A stretch of 64,000 nt of DNA from an uncultured Candidatus Saccharibacteria bacterium (GCA_965230925.1 OZ246403.1:138455-202454); one strand, 5' to 3'; positions 1 through 9,372 are shown, numbered from the stretch's first letter. Numbers and translations are program-made. The notes: generated from the letters alone by a model not told the origin.

Positions 1-7
1 AAAAACC

Positions 8-637
8 ATGAAGGCAGGCTGGATTATTGTAGCGATCGTTATTATCATTGGCTTAATCTTCGTTTTCTCCGGTAAAAAAACAGAAACTCCTACTCCAGAA
101 CCTACTCCTATTAATAATGCTGCTAATAATCAAATTCCCAATAACACCATGACGTCAACTAACGTGACTTTAAAAACTAATCTTGGCGACATCACCATCG
201 AGCTTTACCCAGACAAGGCGCCAAAAACTGTTGAGAACTTCGTTAAACTCGCAAAGGAAGGCTTCTATAATGGCACGCTCTTCCACCGCGTGATTAAGGA
301 CTTCATGATCCAAGGCGGCGACCCAAACACCAAAAGTGAGCCGACAAATTGGGCGATCCACGGCACCGGCGGACCAGGTTACAAGTTCGCTGATGAATTT
401 AATGATGTGAAGATCGTAAACGGCGTCCTCGCGATGGCAAATAGCGGCCCCAACACCAATGGCTCACAATTCTTTATTGTTACCGCCGAGGCCACGCCAT
501 GGCTTGATGGTAAACACACCGCCTTCGGTCGCGTCACCGCCGGTATGGATATTGTCGACAAAATCGAAGCCGTCGCGACAGGAACAAACGATCACCCCAC
601 TCAGGACGTAATCTTGCAAGAAGTGGTGGTGAAGTGA
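8..637 (+). CDS. ppiB: membrane-anchored cyclophilin-type peptidyl-prolyl cis-trans isomerase
   Basis: N-terminal TM helix followed by cyclophilin signature FHRVIKDFMIQGGDP and a conserved C-terminal PPIase core. Confidence 0.85.
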   Translation: MKAGWIIVAIVIIIGLIFVFSGKKTETPTPEPTPINNAANNQIPNNTMTSTNVTLKTNLGDITIELYPDKAPKTVENFVKLAKEGFYNGTLFHRVIKDFMIQGGDPNTKSEPTNWAIHGTGGPGYKFADEFNDVKIVNGVLAMANSGPNTNGSQFFIVTAEATPWLDGKHTAFGRVTAGMDIVDKIEAVATGTNDHPTQDVILQEVVVK

Positions 638-856
638 TACTATTCGTCCAAATCTAGTACCTTGGTTATCAGTGGAAAGGTTGCGCGCTACTGCAACAAG
701 CGTGTCTGAAGGGCCAGCGACCCAAAACCGATCCAAACATGGTCACCAAGTTAAAGTTGTCTAAACGAAAGGAGACCAAACGCTAATAGTCAAAATGTTC
801 TGTCTCTCTTGAAGAGGGACCACGCCACGGGACCTCCAGAGACAGAAGGCCTTCAA

Positions 857-898
857 CACCCTGCGCACAAAGCCACGGCGGCGCAGGGTGTTTTTCTT
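857..898 (+). terminator. rho-independent terminator (caccctgcgc...gcgcagggtg + T-run), about 220 nt after the ppiB stop
   Basis: 10-bp GC-rich inverted repeat followed by TTTTTCTT. Confidence 0.6.
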
Positions 899-1742
899 AT
901 CCCCTCAAAAAATCTTCCCAACTCATTTCTTTTTTACCTTCGGGGAGGACACGAACGATAATAAACTTGTCGTCGCTAAGATGAGCTTCTTTCACAATGA
1001 CTCGAATCTTTTTGCCGTGACGGTAATGGAAAAAATAAGTCCCAGGCCAAGGAGTATAAGCTAAAAATTTCCGGTAATTTAGGTTCGGGTCGTCGCTCGA
1101 GCGGATCTCGCCGTCTTCTTTATTAATCTTTTTAGTAAACGTGGCTTTAGCGTGATCCTGCTCTATTGGTTTAATTTCCCCAGCCAACCATTTCGGCATA
1201 ATTTCTAAAAACAACTCAGCGCCAAACCTCGCAAGCCCATCACGCAACTCCGGGTATGTCTTTCCACTTTCAACTTTTAACTTCCCACTTTTAATTATTG
1301 GCCCATGATCCACTTCTTCATCCATGACCATAATTGTCACACCTGGGGTGGCGCCAGCAAGAATCGTATTTTGAATTGGCGCTGGACCGCGGAAAGCGGG
1401 GAGGAGCGAGGGATGAATATTAAGCGTGCCATGTTTCGGTAAATCAATCACTTCGCGGGGCAAAATTTTGCCGTAGGAGGCAACAAGAGCAAGATCGGGA
1501 TTAAGTTTCTGCAAATCTGGTAGGGCTTCTTTTAATTTATCCAGTTGAATAAATTCAAGCTTGTTTTTGAGAGCAAAGCTTTTTACTGCCGGGGAAGTCA
1601 TTACCGATTTTCGCCCCGCGGGCTTATCGGGCGTGGTAACAATAAGAGCTGGTCTCAAACCCCGTTCAAGCAGAGTGGCCAAGACGGCCACCGCAAACTC
1701 GTCCGTACCAAAGAAAATTAATTTAGTTTTTTCTAATATCAT
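897..1742 (-). CDS. fmt: methionyl-tRNA formyltransferase
   Basis: N-terminal formyltransferase fold motif IFFGTDEFAV..LL and C-terminal Fmt domain. Confidence 0.9.
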   Translation of the reverse strand: MILEKTKLIFFGTDEFAVAVLATLLERGLRPALIVTTPDKPAGRKSVMTSPAVKSFALKNKLEFIQLDKLKEALPDLQKLNPDLALVASYGKILPREVIDLPKHGTLNIHPSLLPAFRGPAPIQNTILAGATPGVTIMVMDEEVDHGPIIKSGKLKVESGKTYPELRDGLARFGAELFLEIMPKWLAGEIKPIEQDHAKATFTKKINKEDGEIRSSDDPNLNYRKFLAYTPWPGTYFFHYRHGKKIRVIVKEAHLSDDKFIIVRVLPEGKKEMSWEDFLRG

Positions 1743-2214
1743 GAATATCGGTGGCGTGGTCGATGAAAAGAACGCCGTCTAAGTGATCCGTCTCATGTTG
1801 GAAGATTTGGGCTAGTAACCCGGAACCAGAATGTTCAAATTTCTTACCATCTCGGTCGTAGGCCACTACGGTCACCTTCTCGGCTCGTTCCACGAGACCG
1901 TAAAGATGCGGCACACTAAGACAGCCTTCTTCGATCCGGCTCTTCTTGCGCGACGTTTTTTTAATTACCGGATTAATAAATTCTTGATCGGGTTTCTGCT
2001 CATTCTCATCAGAAAAAATTTTTCCCGAGACAATAAAAATCCGCTGACTCACCCCAATTTGCGGTGCCGCCAGCGCCACACCATCTTCCCGACTGGCCAA
2101 TGACTTACTCATCGCCCTAAGAGTTGCCTCTAGTTCAGGGGTAGAAAAAAGCTTCTCGGGTACCGGCTGGGCCACCGCGCGCAATACAGGACTATCGGTT
2201 AAAATTGGCTTCAT
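1723..2214 (-). CDS. def: peptide deformylase
   Basis: Def motifs EGCLSVP and QHETDHLDG; overlaps the fmt start in the classic def-fmt pair. Confidence 0.9.
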   Translation of the reverse strand: MKPILTDSPVLRAVAQPVPEKLFSTPELEATLRAMSKSLASREDGVALAAPQIGVSQRIFIVSGKIFSDENEQKPDQEFINPVIKKTSRKKSRIEEGCLSVPHLYGLVERAEKVTVVAYDRDGKKFEHSGSGLLAQIFQHETDHLDGVLFIDHATDIHDIRKN

Positions 2215-2223
2215 TGAGAGGTT

Positions 2224-4140
2224 TTAGAGAATAGTCTCGGGCTCGACATTAATAATAAATCGAGGCGGTAATGCCTTCAGACTAGCAAGTAATTCTTCCT
2301 CTGGCCACCGCTTGGGCTCGAGTTTAAGGAGCAGGTGCATGATGTATTCTCCCTTCACTTCCGAGGTAAAAGCGGGGAATGTTTCTGGTTCATAATCATT
2401 GAGTGAGGTCGCGAGGTGTTGGATCTCAGGAAGAATCTCGAGTCGTTTACCTTCCCGAGTAATTTTTAATAACAACTTAAACGGCGGATAACCAAAGCGC
2501 TCGCGATCAGTAATTTCTTTACGATAAAACTCAAGCAAGTTTCCGGTCATCGCTTGCTCAAAGAATGGCCAATCACCGTGCTTGGTCTGAACGAGAAATT
2601 GCTTGGTCGCCAGTTCCCGCGCGCGCAAGAGTAAGTTAAAAGCCTTCTCGCCAATGCGAAAATCGGGAATTGTAAACAATCCATCAAGCGACACCACCGC
2701 CACGTTCTCTACTTTATCTTTCAAGTAATGTAGCGCGAGCTCGGTCCCAAGAAGACAAGCTCCCGGCGTAGCAAAAAAACGTGAAATAATTTCTTTGGCT
2801 TTCTTGCCTGTCGGCGCCAAATCACTATCGAGCCGGAAAATTTCGAGGTCGGGGACCAGCTTCTTTAGTGCGAGCTCAACACCCTCGATAGCAATGCCGA
2901 GTTGCTCGAGCCGCCAGCCGCCGCAGTTGCGACAGCGTTCTTCTACCGCTCTTGTCTCACGACATTTATGGCAAACGAGGCGGTAATCGGCGGCCGCCCC
3001 ACCACCATCGGTGCGGAAGCGATGTAAGACCATTGGATTTGCGCAACGCCGACAGCGAATACTCTCGCCGCAATCACGACAAATAATGAGCGGCGATGTC
3101 CCTCGACGATTAACGAGAAAGAAGCTACGTTCGCCGCGGCGCATGGCTTGAGCCAAGAGCCACTCGAGACGCGCAGTGACAGGACGGAATTCCTCACCAG
3201 TTTCGCGCTCGAAGGGAATAATTTCTTGCCGCGCCGGAGAAAAGGCGCGGTGCTTCAACGGTGAGGCAGACATAATCTCGCCGCGCTCCACGCGGTGATT
3301 AGTTTCTGACCGCAACAAGGTGTCACCAAAATAAATTTTACAACCGAGCGCTGAAGCAAAAAATTCTCCAAACCGTCGATAATCAAGAAAGGGTCGCGAG
3401 AGTTGCTTATAACTTCCTGAACTCTCACGATCAAACACAATTGAACCGAGATCTGCCCGCGGGAGAGAAAGGAAGGCGGGTGTGGCTAAAACAAGCACCG
3501 GATGCGACTGGCTCACGGCGTCACGCCAATTTTCCCACAACACCTTCGAACCCAGTTTACTGTGGAGGATAAACATATATTCGCGAATCCCTTTCTCGAG
3601 AAGTGTCGCGGCGTGCTCGATCTCGGCCACCGTCGGAAGAATGAGAAAAACGGAAGCATTACGCGCAAACTCCGAGCGAATGAGGCTCTTGTAGAAAGCG
3701 AGTCGCTCAACTTCTGGTTCTTGAAGGGCAAAAAGTTCGGGATGCTTACGCGGCAAACGCTTAACTTCCTTTTTCACCGTGGGCAACTTTTCCTTCCCGC
3801 TCAAGTAACGATCAAGAACGGGCTGGCTAACCACGCTCTTTAACACCTGGCCCAAACTGGAAGCAAAATGATCCGACGCTCTCCGGGCGGCGTCAAGAAA
3901 GCTGGGCAACAGGAAATTACTAACCGACGCCGTGGGCAACTTCTTGAGCTGGAAACTGGCTCCCCGAAGGCTCGTTTTCTGCGCCGCGGCATCAGTAACC
4001 GCTGTAATAATCGCCGGCACCTTCTTGCCACGAACATTAACCTCGAGCAAAGAGCCGAGCATAGGGGGCTCTTTGGCAAAGTAAGACAGCCGATCTCTAA
4101 AAACACCGCGGGCAATGGGTAATACTTCCACTACTTTCAT
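2224..4140 (-). CDS. priA: primosomal protein N' (PriA helicase)
   Basis: Helicase domains plus Cys4 zinc-binding cluster CRDCG..CRRCANPMVLH. The ORF extends to 4221, but the PriA-typical N-terminus MKVVEVLPIA begins at 4140, so I take 4140 as the start. Confidence 0.85.
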   Translation of the reverse strand: MKVVEVLPIARGVFRDRLSYFAKEPPMLGSLLEVNVRGKKVPAIITAVTDAAAQKTSLRGASFQLKKLPTASVSNFLLPSFLDAARRASDHFASSLGQVLKSVVSQPVLDRYLSGKEKLPTVKKEVKRLPRKHPELFALQEPEVERLAFYKSLIRSEFARNASVFLILPTVAEIEHAATLLEKGIREYMFILHSKLGSKVLWENWRDAVSQSHPVLVLATPAFLSLPRADLGSIVFDRESSGSYKQLSRPFLDYRRFGEFFASALGCKIYFGDTLLRSETNHRVERGEIMSASPLKHRAFSPARQEIIPFERETGEEFRPVTARLEWLLAQAMRRGERSFFLVNRRGTSPLIICRDCGESIRCRRCANPMVLHRFRTDGGGAAADYRLVCHKCRETRAVEERCRNCGGWRLEQLGIAIEGVELALKKLVPDLEIFRLDSDLAPTGKKAKEIISRFFATPGACLLGTELALHYLKDKVENVAVVSLDGLFTIPDFRIGEKAFNLLLRARELATKQFLVQTKHGDWPFFEQAMTGNLLEFYRKEITDRERFGYPPFKLLLKITREGKRLEILPEIQHLATSLNDYEPETFPAFTSEVKGEYIMHLLLKLEPKRWPEEELLASLKALPPRFIINVEPETIL

Positions 4141-4176
4141 TGCTTTAGAAGATAACACGATGATAAAATAAACTGA

Positions 4177-4998
4177 ATGCCGAGCGAGAAGTACATCGGC
4201 GCTTTGGAAGTGGCGGGGCATGATGAAAAAAAGCTCGCCGCTCTTGAGTCTTTGTGCCGCGAAGGGAAGGTGAAAGCCAAACTCGTGGGTAATTCTTGGT
4301 ACGTGACTGAATCAGTGCGAGATAATCTCAAGGCGCATCTCTCAGAATTTAAGCCAAAAACAAACTATCTCCACCACGCCGAACCAGCTGGTCGAGCGGT
4401 GGCGGCGCTTGCGGTAGTCATTGCCCTTGGTATTGGCCTTGCGGCTGAAGGACAAGTTAGTTCTACAATCGCTACGCGCCTCAAAGAAAATGAGGTGGGT
4501 ACTCCAGCACTCACGGCAAGCCTTGCTCCCGTGTTCCGAGATGTTACCGAGGCGCTCGCGGCACTCTTTGAAGATATTTCTCGGATGAAAAATTATGTTA
4601 GTGATCAGTGGTTCTATTATGGTTCACGGATCAAGCTAGCTTGGGGAGGCTTCTTAACGGAAGAAGAAACGCAAAAAATAGAGCAGGTGGCTAACACCGT
4701 CAACACTGGCACCACAATTGATCGCGAACAATTGCGCGCGGAAATTCGAGAAGAATTAAGTGCGGCCCTGCGCGCGAGTGGCGTCCCAGCGGAAGTTACC
4801 CAGCAAGGCCTAATCGTCGTGCCTTCTACCGGCGATCCGGCCACCGACCGCCTGAGCATCTCGGAAATTAACGCTCTTTTCTCCGACGAGGTAAGCGTGC
4901 GCTTCGACGAAAGTGGTCGAGCGGGAGTCATTACACCCAAGTTTAAGACCGGGGAATCAAACGACTACCTCTTTCTCCTAACGCCGGTGAATCACTAA
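4177..4998 (+). CDS. hypothetical membrane protein (one TM helix near residue 80)
   Basis: Long ORF, divergent from priA; TM segment AVAALAVVIALGIGLAA; no recognisable domain. Confidence 0.5.
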   Translation: MPSEKYIGALEVAGHDEKKLAALESLCREGKVKAKLVGNSWYVTESVRDNLKAHLSEFKPKTNYLHHAEPAGRAVAALAVVIALGIGLAAEGQVSSTIATRLKENEVGTPALTASLAPVFRDVTEALAALFEDISRMKNYVSDQWFYYGSRIKLAWGGFLTEEETQKIEQVANTVNTGTTIDREQLRAEIREELSAALRASGVPAEVTQQGLIVVPSTGDPATDRLSISEINALFSDEVSVRFDESGRAGVITPKFKTGESNDYLFLLTPVNH

Positions 4999-5745
4999 AT
5001 GATCAGCCTCACGCCCGCTAAACTTGAATTCTCGGTGTCGCCCGGCCAAAGCGTAACTAAGCTGATTACGCTTAAAAACGAGAGCGCGGAGAACCTAGTG
5101 GGGGAAGTGTTGATCGAGAACTTCGGCCCCGAGCAATATGCGCTCAATCGCTTTCTCACACCTGGCGTACGCACCTTTGCGCTTGGGGCGGGAGAAACAC
5201 GCAGCCTACCCATCACCGTCAGCTTGCCTGCCAATCAAGGTCCGGGCGGCCTCTACACCTCGGTGGTCACCAGCTTTCGCCTCGCGAGCGAGACTGTAGC
5301 CAAAGCAGAAAGTCGCTTAGCCAGCCTCGTCTTTGTAAAAGTCCCTGGCCAAGCAAAAGAAGAGGGGCAACTAACCAACTTTCAAAAACAAGAAAACTCT
5401 CTGTATCTAACTTTCAAAAACACCGGCAATGTTTATCTCAATCCATATGGCGGTGTCAAAATCAAAAATTCAATTTCTGGCGCCGAACAAATTATTTCTG
5501 TCGATCCTTGGTTCGTGCTTCCTGGGGATACTCGGATTCGCGAAATCGAAATTAAAAACTCGCTAGGCCTTGGTCGCTGGCAAGCCACCGCAGAACTAAA
5601 CAGGGGTTATGGCGACCTCATCGACACCCGCGCCATCGCCTTCTGGATCTTACCGCCAATTTGGACGATGGTGGTTGTTGGACTTGTGATTTTGGCTGTC
5701 TTGTTTGGCCTTGGTTGGAAATTCTGGCGACGTGGTAAAATTTAA
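4999..5745 (+). CDS. hypothetical beta-rich protein with C-terminal TM anchor
   Basis: Starts immediately after the TAA of the preceding ORF in the same frame; Ig-like or chaperone-like beta-strand pattern; C-terminal TM plus basic tail WKFWRRGKI. Confidence 0.5.
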   Translation: MISLTPAKLEFSVSPGQSVTKLITLKNESAENLVGEVLIENFGPEQYALNRFLTPGVRTFALGAGETRSLPITVSLPANQGPGGLYTSVVTSFRLASETVAKAESRLASLVFVKVPGQAKEEGQLTNFQKQENSLYLTFKNTGNVYLNPYGGVKIKNSISGAEQIISVDPWFVLPGDTRIREIEIKNSLGLGRWQATAELNRGYGDLIDTRAIAFWILPPIWTMVVVGLVILAVLFGLGWKFWRRGKI

Positions 5746-5748
5746 AAT

Positions 5749-6489
5749 ATGAAATGGGGCTGGGGATTAATTATTTTGACCTGCTTACTCGGCGCACAAG
5801 GGGCGGCGGCGTATGTAGCCTCGAGCAATAATTATAGAATCCAAACCGACAGCGTTAATGTGGGCGGCGGACTTTCAACTTCGACTAATTACGCTATGGA
5901 AAGCACGGCGGGGGAAATTGCGAGTGGGGAATCAAGTAGTACTAATTACAAAATCAAGGCTGGTTATCAGCAAATGCTCGTGAGTTCAATCTCAATCTCA
6001 GCGCCAAGCGATGTGAGCTTGGGTTCTATTGATGGCACCACGGGCGGCAGTGCGCTTGGCTCAACCGCTTGGACCGTGATTACCGACAACGCTGCTGGTT
6101 ACATTTTAGCCGTCCGCTCAAGCACTAATCCGGCTCTCACTTCTGGTGGAAACAGCGTTAGCAATTACACACCCGCTGGCGCCACACCTGATTACACTTG
6201 GTCGGTGGCTGCGAGTGCCAGCGAATTCGGCTTTAGTCCTGAAGGCACGCACGTGGTCCAGCGTTATCTCGACAATGGATCAAGCTGTAATGCTGGCGCA
6301 AGCAACAACACCAACACTTGCTGGGATCCATTTTCCACCTCCAACACCACCGTAGCCTCAAGCGCAAGCGCCAACTCTCCCAGCGGCACGGCCACCACCC
6401 TTAAGCTCCAAGCCGAACTCGGCGCTGACCTCGAGCCCACCGACGGCGCCTACTCAGCCACCATTATTGCCACCGCCACCGCGCAATGA
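5749..6489 (+). CDS. secreted Ser/Thr/Asn-rich protein
   Basis: Signal peptide MKWGWGLIILTCLLGAQGAAA; repeated xTNY motifs; low-complexity S/T/A-rich C-terminus. Confidence 0.5.
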   Translation: MKWGWGLIILTCLLGAQGAAAYVASSNNYRIQTDSVNVGGGLSTSTNYAMESTAGEIASGESSSTNYKIKAGYQQMLVSSISISAPSDVSLGSIDGTTGGSALGSTAWTVITDNAAGYILAVRSSTNPALTSGGNSVSNYTPAGATPDYTWSVAASASEFGFSPEGTHVVQRYLDNGSSCNAGASNNTNTCWDPFSTSNTTVASSASANSPSGTATTLKLQAELGADLEPTDGAYSATIIATATAQ

Positions 6490-8516
6490 TTAAACTCGCC
6501 TCGCTCAAAATTATCGCCGCCGCCATTCTTCTTTTAATCGTCGGCGGCATCGGGCTCAGAACCTTCGCCGCTAACGATAGTGTAAATGTGAGCCTCGAAA
6601 TTGCTTGTCCGGGAGACGACTGCGCCCCCTCAGGAGGTGGTGGCGGGCCGCCCCCACCTCCTCCGCCGCCTCCGCCACCGAGCCCGATATTGGGCTGCAC
6701 CGACTCCGATGCCACCAATTACAACGCTTCAGCCACCCAAGATGATGGTTCTTGCGTGTACCCCAGCGACGCCGTTCCAAATGTCTCTGACTTCGACGGT
6801 GAATACGACGAGGATAATGAAGAAATTGATTTAAGCTGGACCAACCCCGATTTCCCCGAATTTGCCAGTGTTCGTATTATGCGAAGCACCAGCTTTTTCC
6901 CCACTAACCCAAGCAGTGGCGACCTTGTATACACCGGTAGCGGCGAAAGTGCCGTCGACAATGATGTAGAACCGGGCACCACCTACTATTACGCCATCTT
7001 TGTTCGCAATACCAATGGCGATTATTCATCAGGCGCAGTTACGAGCGTGAATGTGCCCGAGCCAGAAGAAGAGCCACCGGAAGAAGAACCAGAGGACGAA
7101 GAACCGCCGGTTGATGAGGACGGAAACGGTATTCCTGACGATGAGGAACCGCCGGACCCCTTCGCCGATCTACCACAAGCGCCAATTGTTGACCCTCTTG
7201 TGGAAGTTCTAAACTTTGGCGACTTTATCTTCGTTCAACCAGGCGAGGGGAGGCAATTCTTCGGTAGTGGCAGTGTGCTCCGGATTAATGGCAAAAAAGA
7301 TCTGACTGTTCTCCTGGAGGCAAACAAGGTACCGGGGAATCTAAAAACCATCGCTATAACTCTGCGCGACCCAAGCGATTGGAAAAAAACTTTTTCTTTT
7401 CTCCTTAAATTAAATGAAACGGGAACAGCCTACACCGCCACCATTGCTCCGCTTGGGAGATCGGGTAATTATCCGGTTTATATTTCTATCGTCGACTTCC
7501 AAAATCAAAGTATAAAAAGAATTGAGGGGCGCCTTCTCGTGGCCGCGGCCGGAGCCGCACCAATAGCGAATATCGCAGGAAGAATCGCTTCACCTTTTGT
7601 TGTCGCATCCGGTCTTATCCTTGGTGTGGCCGAAGGATTTTCGCTTGTTGCGCATATCAAATCATTTTCTGATCTCTATTGGCTTCTCCTTCACGGCTTC
7701 AACCTCATCACCCGCTTCTTCGGCTTCCGGAAAAAGGTTAAACCTTGGGGCGTGGTCTACGACTCAGTAACCAAGCGACCGCTTGACCCAGCTTACGTGA
7801 TCGTGAAGCAATCCGACAGCGACGTAAACACAGCCATCACCGACCTCGACGGCCGCTACGGCTTTTTACTCCAATCCGGAACCTACTCTCTGATGGCAAA
7901 CAAAACCCACTATCAATTTCCCTCGGTAAAGCTCGCAGGAAGAACGAGCGATGAGCTCTACGATAATCTCTACCATGGCGGCGACTTCCAAACCCTCACT
8001 GGTGAAGTGATTAATCGCAATATTCCGCTCGACCCAATTGCCTTCGACTGGAATGAATTTGCAAAAGATAAGCAGGGCTTCTTCATTCTCCACACCAAGA
8101 AGGAGAAGCGACGCGCGCGCCTTCTCAACGGCGTTTTCATTATCGGCTTTGCCCTCTCGGCCTACAACCTCGTGTTCAACCCGAGCTGGTTAAACATTCT
8201 CGCGATCGCCTTCTATCTCGCGACGCCACTCGGCCGTCTCTGGTGGCGCCACCGCCGACCCGTCGTACAAGTGAAAAGTCTCACAAGTGGCTTGCCTTCG
8301 CCGTACGCTATCGTGAAAGCGTTTATTCCGAAAGTTAATCAACAAGTGCGTCAGGTGGTGGCGGATCAATTGGGTCGCTTCTTCCTTCTCACCCCGCCAG
8401 GGGAATATTATCTCACCGTAGAAGAAAAACAGGATGATGGCACCTACAAAAAAGTTCTGGAGACTCCTCCGCTACTTCTCTCTCGCGGTGTGCTAGATAA
8501 AAACTTAGTTTTCTAG
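6486..8516 (+). CDS. large multidomain envelope protein (signal anchor, G5-P12 linker, FN3-like domain, acidic PE-rich linker, TM segments, CarboxypepD_reg-like modules)
   Basis: ATGA overlap with the upstream gene; poly-Pro encoded by mixed codons; FN3-like consensus DLSWTNP...TYYYAIFVRNTNGDYSS; CarbopepD-reg-like VYDSVTKRPLDPAYVIVKQ..DLDGRYGF. Confidence 0.6.
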   Translation: MIKLASLKIIAAAILLLIVGGIGLRTFAANDSVNVSLEIACPGDDCAPSGGGGGPPPPPPPPPPPSPILGCTDSDATNYNASATQDDGSCVYPSDAVPNVSDFDGEYDEDNEEIDLSWTNPDFPEFASVRIMRSTSFFPTNPSSGDLVYTGSGESAVDNDVEPGTTYYYAIFVRNTNGDYSSGAVTSVNVPEPEEEPPEEEPEDEEPPVDEDGNGIPDDEEPPDPFADLPQAPIVDPLVEVLNFGDFIFVQPGEGRQFFGSGSVLRINGKKDLTVLLEANKVPGNLKTIAITLRDPSDWKKTFSFLLKLNETGTAYTATIAPLGRSGNYPVYISIVDFQNQSIKRIEGRLLVAAAGAAPIANIAGRIASPFVVASGLILGVAEGFSLVAHIKSFSDLYWLLLHGFNLITRFFGFRKKVKPWGVVYDSVTKRPLDPAYVIVKQSDSDVNTAITDLDGRYGFLLQSGTYSLMANKTHYQFPSVKLAGRTSDELYDNLYHGGDFQTLTGEVINRNIPLDPIAFDWNEFAKDKQGFFILHTKKEKRRARLLNGVFIIGFALSAYNLVFNPSWLNILAIAFYLATPLGRLWWRHRRPVVQVKSLTSGLPSPYAIVKAFIPKVNQQVRQVVADQLGRFFLLTPPGEYYLTVEEKQDDGTYKKVLETPPLLLSRGVLDKNLVF

Positions 8517-8635
8517 TAAACTTTTTCTCGGAAAGTGTTCCAACATCTCCAACCCTCCTTTCACACATCACTTCTTGCCCAACCAAGATCTTACCGGGCA
8601 GATTGACGATCGGGAGGAACACACCCCAACCAGAT

Positions 8636-8686
8636 GGATCCCAACTTGCCGCGCCCGTTTTTGCAAGTTGGGATCCTTTTATTTTG
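8636..8686 (+). terminator. strong rho-independent terminator (14-bp stem ggatcccaacttgc/gcaagttgggatcc + T-run)
   Basis: Perfect inverted repeat followed by TTTTATTTT. Confidence 0.75.
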
Positions 8687-8773
8687 CTCAACCAACCTTG
8701 ACTTTTTTTAATAAAGTGATAGTTATTTAAATAGTTTCGTTTACGTTTTAGAGGACCTGTTAGGAGGTGAACC

Positions 8774-9319
8774 TTGAAATACTTGGCAGTCATAAGTTCC
8801 GTTATCGCCACATTGGCGATTTTGGCCTTCGGGGTACAAATCTGGAAAACCAACACCCCGCAAAATGTTGCTAGCTGGTTAATGTGGCTAATTCTCAACA
8901 CGATATTATTGTTCGCCTCGATTTCCGCAGGCAATAAGAAGTCATGGATGTTGAGTCTGGGCTACGTAATTGGAGGAGCAGCAGGAACAGCCGCGTTGCT
9001 TTTCCGAGGTCAATGGCATTGGGGAAAAACAGAAACAGTTTGTGCTGTTGGCGCAGCAGTTAGCATGATGGTGTGGAAAAAACTAGGTCCCAAAAAGGGC
9101 TTGGTCGTTAGTGCGATTGCAATCACCATGGCAGGAATACCCGCTCTGAGCGAAGCGTGGCAAACCCACAATCGTGAAAGCTGGTGGCTTTGGACAATCA
9201 TTGCTTTCTGCTGCCTCCTCACCACCATCGGCGCAGAGCGGTGGACTCTGCAAGATCGCTTGTTCCCTATTGTCAGTATGATTTTCAATGGCACGATGGC
9301 CGTCCTTGTTCTTTTGTAA
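8774..9319 (+). CDS. polytopic membrane protein, paralog 1 (possible PQ-loop/PnuC-like fold)
   Basis: TTG start with strong SD AGGAGGT; about 6 predicted TM helices; TPQ motif; homologous to the downstream ORF. Confidence 0.55.
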   Translation: MKYLAVISSVIATLAILAFGVQIWKTNTPQNVASWLMWLILNTILLFASISAGNKKSWMLSLGYVIGGAAGTAALLFRGQWHWGKTETVCAVGAAVSMMVWKKLGPKKGLVVSAIAITMAGIPALSEAWQTHNRESWWLWTIIAFCCLLTTIGAERWTLQDRLFPIVSMIFNGTMAVLVLL

Positions 9320-9324
9320 AACAA

Positions 9325-9372
9325 CCTGTTCTCGTACGCAGAAAAACCTGCTGAGGACAGGTTTTTCTTTTT
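9325..9372 (+). terminator. rho-independent terminator
   Basis: cctgttctc...gaggacagg hairpin + TTTTTCTTTTT. Confidence 0.65.

Noticed and set aside
4141-4221. Upstream 27-codon extension of priA
   Set aside because: The PriA-typical N-terminus MKVVEVLPIA begins at the internal Met (4140). Using it removes a 5' overlap with the divergent gene at 4177.
6640-6680. Poly-proline coding tract as a possible slippage or phase-variation site
   Set aside because: Encoded by heterogeneous codons (ccg, ccc, cca, cct), not a homopolymer or simple short repeat, so slipped-strand mispairing is unlikely.
6464-6718. Minus-strand ORF encoding poly-Gly/poly-Pro
   Set aside because: Mirror image of the Gly5-Pro12 linker of the 676-aa protein. 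Spurious antisense ORF.
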